Source: a virus. From it: a stretch of DNA of 64,000 nt. Both the position numbers and the translations under genes were made by a program. Shown piece after piece: positions 1 through 6,435 of the stretch (positions within the stretch are counted from its first letter, which is position 1; every line of letters begins with the position of its first letter). Location: the IMG/VR virus record IMGVR_UViG_3300037501_000029; one strand, given 5' to 3'. The notes beneath the pieces are model-generated. The model saw only the letters and a list, made by a program, of their open reading frames with translations. It searched no databases and was not told the DNA's origin.

Positions 1-71
1 CGGGTTGCGCTGCACTCGGCGAATGCGGCGGAATCCGCGCCCTCGTCAGAGGGCAGCGGGGGCGATCGCAT

Positions 72-245
72 CTACCTCAATAGGACGGCGAGGGCGATCG
101 TCGCCCCGCCGACGAACCAGGCGAGGGGTCCGAGCACGATCGCCTTGGCAAATGCCTCGGACCCCTCGCCAGAACGCTGAACCGTTCGCCACGCCCACAG
201 CATGAGCGCAGCGCCCAAAACCGCTGCAACTACACGGGTTATCAC
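72..245 (-). CDS. small membrane protein, 57 aa (two predicted TM helices)
   Basis: Hand-translated ORF below the 60-aa track cutoff (VITRVVAAVLGAALMLWAW...GPLAWFVGGATIALAVLLR). GTG start forms a GTGA overlap with the stop of ORF 242-379. Confidence 0.3.
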   Translation of the reverse strand: MITRVVAAVLGAALMLWAWRTVQRSGEGSEAFAKAIVLGPLAWFVGGATIALAVLLR

Positions 246-379
246 CTTCTACTCTCCTCTCCTCTCCCATTCGCATCGTTGGCCCACCACCCGGGCTCAA
301 CCAAGTACTCCGAGCCAAACAGCGACTCGCGCTCCCACTCATGGAGGGCGTCAGACAAAATTTTCACGTGGTCGTTCAT
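242..379 (-). CDS. hypothetical protein, 45 aa
   Basis: Hand-translated (MNDHVKILSDALHEWERESLFGSEYLVEPGWW...). GGAG Shine-Dalgarno about 7 nt upstream of the ATG at 379. Same strand as neighbours. Confidence 0.35.
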   Translation of the reverse strand: MNDHVKILSDALHEWERESLFGSEYLVEPGWWANDANGRGEESRR

Positions 380-408
380 CTTATCTCCTTTCCTAGTGCA
401 AGCCTTAA

Positions 409-696
409 TCAGACATGAGCAGCAGCCCTGCGGGCACTGCGCGATGCTCGCAATGCTGCTCGATATCCGCTGGCAAATTCTTCGCGGAACCGACGGACCG
501 ACAGGGCTGCTTCTAGCAGTCCTGTCAAATCTTTCGCCTGCTCGTCCGTAAGCCCTTCATAGGGCGGTAGATCACAACTCCGGACGAACTCGTGCCACTC
601 TGCCATTGCAGAGTTGGGATTAAATGCTCCAGCCCCAGGGCCAATCTCCACAATTTCCGCGAACTCGCGGCCTTTTTCGTACCAATAATTCGACAT
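409..696 (-). CDS. hypothetical protein, 95 aa
   Basis: Track ORF 409-774 trimmed to Met27 (MSNYWYEKGREF...), which is preceded by a GGAGGG RBS. No recognisable domain. Confidence 0.45.
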   Translation of the reverse strand: MSNYWYEKGREFAEIVEIGPGAGAFNPNSAMAEWHEFVRSCDLPPYEGLTDEQAKDLTGLLEAALSVRRFREEFASGYRAALRASRSARRAAAHV

Positions 697-821
697 GATT
701 TGATCCCTCCATCGGCGCTGAACCGCTTGTGCGGTCCCCTCATCGCCGCACGCGACGATGAGCAGGCAGCACAAACCTACCGCCCTAATAATCCGCCATC
801 AGATTGCAGCTCCGAACAACC

Positions 822-1013
822 CTACTCGCCCTCCTCCACGCGAAAATCCCATGATCGCCATGCGGCCTGCGCGGCCAGCACGGCGTCCCGCTCCGTCGGG
901 GCCGACACTTCTGTGTCGGCCCCGGTCGCCGACTCGTACCATCGATAGGCGTCGGGGTCGCGCCGCAGTTCGATCGTGATGCGGTGATCGTGCTCTGTGA
1001 TTGTGGCTCTCAT
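822..1013 (-). CDS. hypothetical protein, 63 aa
   Basis: Track ORF 822-1163 trimmed to Met51 (MRATITEHDHRITIEL...), preceded by a GGAGGG RBS. Confidence 0.4.
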   Translation of the reverse strand: MRATITEHDHRITIELRRDPDAYRWYESATGADTEVSAPTERDAVLAAQAAWRSWDFRVEEGE

Positions 1014-1182
1014 CTCATTGCGCCCTCCATCAGCGCATCCCCATCTTAGTGCGGCTGCGTTCCGCAAGTCAATAAAAAAAGTGCCGCTCCAATCTAAAGA
1101 TAGCCTCCTCCTTGCGGCCAGGCGCTTCTTCCGCATATCATGCCGAGTAGGAGTCGATCCCAAATCGGATCCGCGAATCGCA

Positions 1183-1692
1183 ATGGCTCATCCTATCTCC
1201 ACTATCGAGCAACACCCAAGCCGTAAGTTGATCATTTCAAAGATCTTAGCCGGCGATTCTCTTAAGTCGATTGGGGCCGAGTTCGGCCTCAGCGCTCAAT
1301 CCCTCTCCCGGTTTAAAACCCGCGTCATCCGTCCAGCCCTCAAGTCCCAAACCCGCGCTGAAGGTGTGTCAATTGCACCACAGTCTGTGGCTGATTTGAG
1401 ACAGTTTAGGTCGGAAACAGCCGCAATGATCCCGGATCTAACTACCGAGGATCTCCTGAGGCGCAAGATCGCGCGCTACCCTAAGCTGCTCGATAAAGCC
1501 GAGGCGGCTGGCGAATTCGGCGCATGGGCATCGATCGACCGGGCGGAATCGGCAGCCATCGAGCTCCGCGGTAGGCTCCGCGGCGAATTCGAGATTGCGC
1601 CGGATGCTCAGGTGCAGATCATGGTCGTGATGCCGCGTTTGGAGCGCTGCGACCCTGTCCACGACGTGGACACCAACGAAAATACCGATTAG
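1183..1692 (+). CDS. HTH DNA-binding protein, candidate transcriptional regulator (169 aa)
   Basis: Track ORF 997-1692 trimmed to Met63. N-terminal helix-turn-helix-like segment (ILAGDSLKSIGAEFGLSAQSLSRF). One of very few plus-strand genes. Divergent from 822-1013 across a 169-nt intergenic region. Function is inferred only. Confidence 0.5.
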   Translation: MAHPISTIEQHPSRKLIISKILAGDSLKSIGAEFGLSAQSLSRFKTRVIRPALKSQTRAEGVSIAPQSVADLRQFRSETAAMIPDLTTEDLLRRKIARYPKLLDKAEAAGEFGAWASIDRAESAAIELRGRLRGEFEIAPDAQVQIMVVMPRLERCDPVHDVDTNENTD

Positions 1693-1850
1693 CGCGAGTG
1701 TCATTCACGTCGTCATATCAGCGATTTATGCAACGGCGCAATGTCGTTATTCTAATGCGATAGCCGCGGCCTGGCACCCCCGCCATCCCCCCCATGCGTC
1801 CCTGGCGAATGTACCACCGTCCGCGCGTGTACGTATTGTTCCCTGTCAAT

Positions 1851-2010
1851 GGGGGTACGGGGTTTGGTGTGAGGGTGGGGGGTGGTGGCGGGTTGGGATG
1901 TGGGGGTGAGGTGGGGCAGTGTTGAGGTGGATGGGCGGTGGTACAGGTGGTACAGGTGGTAGGAGGTGGTGAGGCAGGATAGACACGGTGGATGGGGAGT
2001 TGGAAAGGGG
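1851..2010. other. extreme G-rich / C-poor strand-asymmetric tract (G4-prone on plus strand; C-rich, G-poor on minus strand)
   Basis: By my count, 94 G and only 9 C in 160 nt of the plus strand. Many GGG-GGGGGG runs. Four tandem 9-10-nt GGTGGTNNN units at 1937-1974. The only ORFs across it are Pro/His-rich minus-strand shadow frames. Confidence 0.6.
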
Positions 2011-2310
2011 TTGCGGCCGCCGAAGGCGGTGCGTAGACGCACCGAGAGTAACCCGTGACTCTCGATAGCGGCTTGGTTTAGTAAGCCGCGCCGCGCTTCG
2101 ATCTTGGGACGCACGGCGGCCTGCTAGGTTTGTCGGCAATTGGTTTGGGCCATGCGGTTGCGCTGATAAGATCAGCAGGTGCAACCGTTTAGGCTTGGGT
2201 CCTTGGGGCACGGCCTTGCCGAGAGCACACGTTGCGTCATATTCGCCTCATGGTGGAGGGTCCCTCACCACCGGTCACTGAAGGGGGTTTTTGGATCAGC
2301 GCAACGCCTG
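2011..2310 (+). ncRNA. candidate structured RNA / regulatory element (multi-helix, unclassified)
   Basis: No credible ORF. Perfect local hairpins at 2028-2043, 2044-2063, 2068-2089 and 2162-2176. Enclosing long-range helices 2015-2022/2114-2121, 2155-2161/2181-2187 and 2230-2237/2299-2306. The last contains a T-G pair that only works as G-U on a plus-strand transcript. CTTGGG occurs 3 times. Confidence 0.25.
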
Positions 2311-2429
2311 GCACAGAGTTTCCGGGTGTGGTTACCGGTACCACTGGATTTGCTAGCTGCTCTATACCGGCCGTGGGCATTTTCATGACCGATGACAGGA
2401 TAGGGTGAGATGGGGGTGTGTGTCAAGGG

Positions 2430-2472
2430 GGAAAATGAAAACCGCCACCCTAGAGCAGTGGAGGTGGCGGTT
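2430..2472 (-). terminator. intrinsic terminator closing the minus-strand rsr/RHH operon
   Basis: 9-10 bp GC-rich stem ACCGCCACC (2441-2449) / GGTGGCGGT (2463-2471) with a 13-nt loop. On the minus strand it is followed by TTTTCATTTTC. Lies about 45 nt downstream of the stop at 2518. Confidence 0.6.
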
Positions 2473-2517
2473 GGCTTTGAAAATGCTCGGTCAGTTAGTA
2501 TTAGGCCACGTAATGAA

Positions 2518-2733
2518 TTAGTTGTCAAGAGGAAAGTTTGAGAGCGGGTTGTGGATGACGATGTCCGGATTGCAGTTGCAGTATCGGCCTTTGTAGAGTC
2601 CGCACCAGTTGTCGTGATTGATGGTGACGTGATGGAGTCCTGGCTTGAACTTGCCTTCCTCGAAGAGTTTCCTGATCTTGCGATTGTAGTTATGCTTTTC
2701 AGCGTCGGTCGCGGGGACCTGTTTGAACTTCAT
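2518..2733 (-). CDS. small Cys/His-containing protein, 71 aa (unknown function)
   Basis: Track ORF 2518-2772 trimmed to MKFKQVPATDAEK..., whose ATG overlaps (ATGA) the stop of the upstream RHH ORF. Contains HHVTINHDNWCGLYKGRYCNCNPDIVIH, a possible metal site. Confidence 0.5.
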   Translation of the reverse strand: MKFKQVPATDAEKHNYNRKIRKLFEEGKFKPGLHHVTINHDNWCGLYKGRYCNCNPDIVIHNPLSNFPLDN

Positions 2734-2873
2734 TGAGGACTCCTCTTGAGTGAATTTTCGAAGGCTTGCCAAGCCTGACGGATGGTTTCGGTCATGGAGA
2801 TGCGGTGTTTGAAGGCGTACTTACGGATCTTTTCATAGATGTCCGATGGGATGCGGACGGGGTTGTTCCTCAT
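2730..2873 (-). CDS. ribbon-helix-helix (CopG/Arc-like) DNA-binding protein, 47 aa
   Basis: Hand-translated ORF below the track cutoff: MRNNPVRIPSDIYEKIRKYAFKHRISMTETIRQAWQAFENSLKRSPQ. Has the typical RHH beta-strand plus two-helix pattern. Translationally coupled to 2518-2733. Confidence 0.55.
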   Translation of the reverse strand: MRNNPVRIPSDIYEKIRKYAFKHRISMTETIRQAWQAFENSLKRSPQ

Positions 2874-3015
2874 GCTACAATACTACCATGAAGCGCAAGA
2901 GAGCGAGGGCGGTTCGGCGGAAGCCGCACAGGATCTGGATGGAGTGCCGGGAAGCGCGGGAGACGCTGGAAAGGCTGATGCGCGAGCATCGGGAGTAGGT
3001 GAAGGCTGGCCGCGC

Positions 3016-3339
3016 ATGAAGCGGATGATCGGGTATCGGTGGGGCCGCTGGACGCTGATGGCCGGACTGAAACTGCGGCATGATGCCGACTCGGTGTTGG
3101 AGGTTGACGCCGGGGAAGCAAAGACGGCGAAGTTGGCACTTCGTGAAGTTGAGCGTGTGGCGCGGACATGCAGTTGGGCGATGCGGTCGGATCTGGCGGA
3201 CTTAGCCGCGGCGATCGTAGAAGTGCTGGAACTGCGCGGATGCGATGGCCGATGCTCGCCGAAGCCCGAGACCCCGGCCACGCCGGCGCGGTTCAAGCAG
3301 GGGGCTCATTTACGGCGCCTGCCGGGGCGGGTGGGGTGA
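3016..3339 (+). CDS. hypothetical protein, 107 aa (uncertain; plus strand)
   Basis: Track ORF 2839-3339 trimmed to MKRMIGYRWGRW.... Balanced amino-acid composition. The same-phase minus-strand ORF 2883-3296 is Ser/Arg/Ala/Pro-rich, typical of a shadow frame. The two share third-codon positions, so GC3 cannot discriminate. Weak RBS. Confidence 0.3.
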   Translation: MKRMIGYRWGRWTLMAGLKLRHDADSVLEVDAGEAKTAKLALREVERVARTCSWAMRSDLADLAAAIVEVLELRGCDGRCSPKPETPATPARFKQGAHLRRLPGRVG

Positions 3340-3494
3340 CGATCTGGTTGTTCGATATCCTGAATCCGAATGCGCCAGCATCTGCCAAACTTGAAGGCTG
3401 GCAGGATATTGGACCGCAGCCATGCGTAAACGGTTCGTCTGGTGATTTTGAGGAGTTTGGCGGCTTCGGCGGGTGTAATGAGTTGCGTAGTCAT
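3306..3494 (-). CDS. excisionase-family (MerR-superfamily) HTH DNA-binding protein, 62 aa
   Basis: Track ORF trimmed to MTTQLITPAEAAKLLKITRRTVYAWLRSNILPAFKFGRCWRIRIQDIEQ. Close match to the excisionase-type HTH consensus (EaA.lL.vs.rTvy.w...g.lpa.k.Gr.wri). ATGA overlap with the stop of the Ro60 gene. Confidence 0.75.
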   Translation of the reverse strand: MTTQLITPAEAAKLLKITRRTVYAWLRSNILPAFKFGRCWRIRIQDIEQPDRHPTRPGRRRK

Positions 3495-4810
3495 TCGTTC
3501 TCTAATTCGACCATGTAATCCAGGACGCGCTCGCTCCATCCGTTGATGTGAAGCCAGCCGCTCTTGTTACCGATGGACTTGTCGTAGGGTGCGACATTGA
3601 TGATGTAGCAGTGGGGCGCGAAGGCCGGCGGAATGGTATCAGCCGTTTGCTCGTCGGTGATGACGATGATGCGGTCGAGTTCATCCCATTGCATGTCCTT
3701 TAACTTTAGGAGCGCATATCCGAGTCGCGTTGCAGAATGGTCCTGCGAGTTCAGGATGGCATCGCGCAAGGCGAAGCCCCGGCAATCGGGGATCGTGACA
3801 AGATCATTTGAAAACGTCGCAATGCTTGCCTTGTGCGCCTTTTCGCGCAGCAGGATTGCCAGTCCACAGGCAGCGTCTAGTCGAGTAGTTTCTGACTTTC
3901 CCGAGAGTGCAGAATACATGGACCCAGATACGTCAACAAGGAGTCCGGTATTGCCTGGAATCGGCGGGAGATTTTCAACCGCCTTGAGCATGGCTGTTTC
4001 GATGGCAGACTTAATCACGTGAGCGTGCCGCGCGGCGGTGATAAAACGGAAGGGTAAGGCTTTGTGAATGCCACGACTGAGACGTTCGCTGATCAGGGAT
4101 TGATCCACCCCGGCATCAATCATGTTGCGGAGGTTCTGGAGTACAGCCATGCCGCCGAGTTTCTGCTCACGAAGTAGGCGCTCAAAGGTTGCACGCTTGT
4201 CTGCTCCGCCTGACAAAGCAACCTCCCATGTATCGGGAGCCGTTAGCGTCCCGTTGGCGAGATGTTTCCAAAGTTCGGCTTGGGCTTCGCCGCTGGGCTT
4301 TGGATGGGTGAGAAACAGAACGTCACGCAGTTTGACCACGTTCGCCCGGTTCCACTTGGCAATCTGATACTCGTTGAACTTCGTGAACGCTTGCGCCAAG
4401 CCCTTTTTTACGCCAGCTGAAAGCGGCTGGCGCCCGTCCTTCCAGTAGATCGCAAGAAACTCTGCCAGTTCGTCAGGGCGTTGAACGATATCGGCAAGCG
4501 CCGCACGCACCAGTGGCCCAGTCCCCTTAATGCGAGCCAGCTCGCGGATAAGGAATAGTGGCGCATGGCGCAGTTTGAACTGATTGCGAGCCTGTACCGC
4601 AAGGCTGGCAACAGCGTGCGGCGAGACCAATGGAACGTAGGAAGCGAGGCGCTTGGCAATATTGTCGCCGCTTTCGTAGAAGGTGTCTTCCCAGAGCAGA
4701 CAAGTCAGCAGAGTGCGGCGCAGCGCGGCTTCCGGCTTGATCATGTCGGCGCGTGCGCCTTCGTGAGTCAGAACAACCGGATTATTAACCGCTACATTCA
4801 GCCGCGCCAT
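3491..4810 (-). CDS. rsr: Ro60-related protein (TROVE domain + vWA domain), Rsr-like
   Basis: 439 aa. N-terminal TROVE-like region (RRTLLTCLLWEDTFYESG, FKLRHAPLFLIRELAR). C-terminal vWA with a MIDAS-type motif (LLVDVSGSM...SGKSETTRLD). GGAG RBS before the ATG at 4810. The architecture matches Ro60 orthologues. Confidence 0.8.
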   Translation of the reverse strand: MARLNVAVNNPVVLTHEGARADMIKPEAALRRTLLTCLLWEDTFYESGDNIAKRLASYVPLVSPHAVASLAVQARNQFKLRHAPLFLIRELARIKGTGPLVRAALADIVQRPDELAEFLAIYWKDGRQPLSAGVKKGLAQAFTKFNEYQIAKWNRANVVKLRDVLFLTHPKPSGEAQAELWKHLANGTLTAPDTWEVALSGGADKRATFERLLREQKLGGMAVLQNLRNMIDAGVDQSLISERLSRGIHKALPFRFITAARHAHVIKSAIETAMLKAVENLPPIPGNTGLLVDVSGSMYSALSGKSETTRLDAACGLAILLREKAHKASIATFSNDLVTIPDCRGFALRDAILNSQDHSATRLGYALLKLKDMQWDELDRIIVITDEQTADTIPPAFAPHCYIINVAPYDKSIGNKSGWLHINGWSERVLDYMVELENE

Positions 4811-4894
4811 GACACTCCTTTCAGTTGAGCCGGGAACAAGCGAATTCGGCGCTTAGATTCATAATAGAAGTAACCGAACCCTACACCACGGCCC

Positions 4895-4983
4895 ATAACT
4901 TGTGTTGGCGAGTATAGCGCCGCTGGGTGACTAATCCCTATCGTCAGTCGAAGTACCAGCGACTTCGCTACGCCAACAATTAT
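4895..4983 (-). ncRNA. candidate Y-RNA-like structured element upstream of rsr (hypothetical)
   Basis: The ends pair into a long bulged stem: 4895-4898/4980-4983, 4900-4902/4977-4979 and 4905-4910/4971-4976, with C and TG bulges. Internal hairpin CGAAGT (4949-4954) / ACTTCG (4962-4967) with a 7-nt loop. Alternative pairing CGCTGG (4921-4926) / CCAGCG (4956-4961). Perfect minus-strand TATAAT at 4984-4979. Strand and ends are not determinable from pairing alone. Confidence 0.3.
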
Positions 4984-5056
4984 ATGAAACAATAAGAAGC
5001 GTTGGATGTCAATAGGAAAATGTTGATCTATCAAAAGATAGTCTGTGGCTTCTCAT

Positions 5057-5359
5057 CTACTTGTTTGTCTCCGCCTTCTGCCAGAATGCGTTCGAACACC
5101 GCAGGCACTTGACGATGCGCTCCCGCGGCCCGCTCCAGTTGTCGTTCCACGGGTAGGGTGGATGCTGGCGGCGGCAGACGGGGCACTCTCCATTGCGGTA
5201 AAGCGGCTGGCACCCGATTGCGGTTTGGGTCCCATCCGCGCCGTAGACCTCGCCCTCGCGGCAGACCGGCCCGTAGTCTTGCTGGCCGTGGACAAGGAAT
5301 GCCGCGATGGTCAGGATGAAGATGGTGACGATGGCGGCGGTGACGATGCGGTCCTTCAT
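5057..5359 (-). CDS. membrane-anchored Cys-rich protein, 100 aa
   Basis: Track ORF 5057-5599 trimmed to MKDRIVTAAIVTIFILTIAAFLVHG... (N-terminal TM helix, 6 Cys in the ectodomain). ATGA overlap with the upstream ORF stop. Confidence 0.5.
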   Translation of the reverse strand: MKDRIVTAAIVTIFILTIAAFLVHGQQDYGPVCREGEVYGADGTQTAIGCQPLYRNGECPVCRRQHPPYPWNDNWSGPRERIVKCLRCSNAFWQKAETNK

Positions 5360-5628
5360 GATGTCCTCGCTGGTTCGGCTGGTTGCCGTTTGGCAATCTC
5401 TTGGACTGCCAGGATGAATGCCTTCTGAATGGCCTCTCGCGTAGCGTAGAATGGCGGCGTTCCGTCCACGTTTAGATTGGTGAAGTGGGCAGCGGCTTTG
5501 TCGCCATCGTTCAGTTGAACGGTGATGGCCGCGCCATGGGGTCGCTGTGTGAGCAAAAGTGCGACCGAGCGATTCTCGCCGCTCGCAATCCAGTTCCACA
5601 TAAGGCTGTAGTCGCCGGGGTTATCCAT
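5356..5628 (-). CDS. hypothetical protein, 90 aa
   Basis: Track ORF 5356-5766 trimmed to MDNPGDYSLMWNWIASGENR.... Overlaps the stop of the upstream ORF 5621-5848. Confidence 0.5.
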   Translation of the reverse strand: MDNPGDYSLMWNWIASGENRSVALLLTQRPHGAAITVQLNDGDKAAAHFTNLNVDGTPPFYATREAIQKAFILAVQEIAKRQPAEPARTS

Positions 5629-5848
5629 GGGCCTCTTCCTGTTCGGGTTCAATGGCGATGGCCTCAAGCGCTTCTGGAAGCCGCGTGACAAGTACGGTAG
5701 CCGGCGGCTGGCCGTGCCGGTCAAAGTAGGCGTTGCTGATGCGCCGGTAAAGCCGCTGCGCCTCACGGCCGGGGATGAAGCTGAAGGCGTTGAGGAGTTG
5801 CAGCATTTCGTCGCGGGTGAAGCCCATGTAGACGCGGGGCTCAGTCAT
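5621..5848 (-). CDS. hypothetical protein, 75 aa
   Basis: Track ORF 5621-5956 trimmed to MTEPRVYMGFTRDEMLQLL.... Short overlap with the upstream ORF. Confidence 0.5.
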   Translation of the reverse strand: MTEPRVYMGFTRDEMLQLLNAFSFIPGREAQRLYRRISNAYFDRHGQPPATVLVTRLPEALEAIAIEPEQEEAHG

Positions 5849-6041
5849 GGCAGTTTTCCCTCTCTCGGAGTTCGGCGAAGCGCCGCTCGGCTTGCTGGAG
5901 AGCAATTTGAGACTGAACCCAGCGATCTGTTTCTTCGCTGATGGGATTGGACTCATCTGTCACCGTCGTTGATTCATCCCACGGCCACCTGAACTTCGGG
6001 TGGCTGCGGTCCATTGAGCACAGCGCCGAGCGGATCGTCAT
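5841..6041 (-). CDS. hypothetical protein, 66 aa
   Basis: Track ORF. ATGA-type coupling at both ends with neighbouring minus-strand ORFs. Confidence 0.45.
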   Translation of the reverse strand: MTIRSALCSMDRSHPKFRWPWDESTTVTDESNPISEETDRWVQSQIALQQAERRFAELRERENCHD

Positions 6042-6232
6042 TGCAGCACCTTCCGAGAGAATGTTCTTGGTGCCAGCGGGTTGAATTGAGGCGCAGTCTC
6101 AAGCTCGCGGATGTATCGCATATCGCGCTCACGCTTCGCCCGCCGCGCGCGGATCGCCGCCTGGTGCAGCCGCCGGGCGATGAGGAGGGGAGAGGGGTCC
6201 CCGCCGCGGCGGGACAGAATCGTCAGGTGCAT
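6038..6232 (-). CDS. hypothetical basic protein, 64 aa
   Basis: Track ORF 6038-6364 trimmed to MHLTILSRRGGDPSPLL..., which has a strong AAGGAG RBS 7-8 nt upstream. The longer start at 6364 has no RBS and collides with ORF 6223-6435. Confidence 0.45.
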   Translation of the reverse strand: MHLTILSRRGGDPSPLLIARRLHQAAIRARRAKRERDMRYIRELETAPQFNPLAPRTFSRKVLQ

Positions 6233-6435
6233 GATTCGTTCTCCTTGCAATCTATACTTTGTCGTTCCTGGCCCGTGGAGCGTTCCGAAGCGAAGAATGT
6301 GTGGTTCCCTTGTTTTTTCGCTTCCGTCGCGTCCTGGGGCAACGTAATCGTTAACTTTGGGCATCGTAGTGGTAATGTGAAACTTTCTATTTTCGAAAAG
6401 CCATCCTTCCCAATCGAATCCGATAGTGTATCCAT
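6223..6435 (-). CDS. hypothetical protein, 70 aa
   Basis: Track ORF 6223-6504 trimmed to Met24 (MDTLSDSIGKDGFSKIESF...) with a GGAGGA RBS. Still overlaps ORF 6387-6860 by about 49 nt, so one boundary is uncertain. Confidence 0.35.
   Translation of the reverse strand: MDTLSDSIGKDGFSKIESFTLPLRCPKLTITLPQDATEAKKQGNHTFFASERSTGQERQSIDCKENESCT

Noticed and set aside
1752-2211. Two approximately 120-aa Pro/His-rich minus-strand ORFs spanning the G-rich tract.
   Set aside because: Their sequence (PPVPPVPPPIHLNTAPPHPHIP...) is just the translation of the C-rich strand. No RBS, no coupling to neighbours, and they lie downstream of the operon terminator at 2430-2472. A proline-rich protein cannot be strictly excluded.
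2883-3296. 137-aa minus-strand ORF that exactly fills the gap between the excisionase-like gene and the RHH gene.
   Set aside because: It fits the operon strand, but its composition is Ser/Arg/Ala/Pro-dominated with almost no Asp/Glu/Lys. It shares third-codon positions with the better-looking plus-strand ORF 3016-3339. Judged the shadow frame, with low certainty either way.
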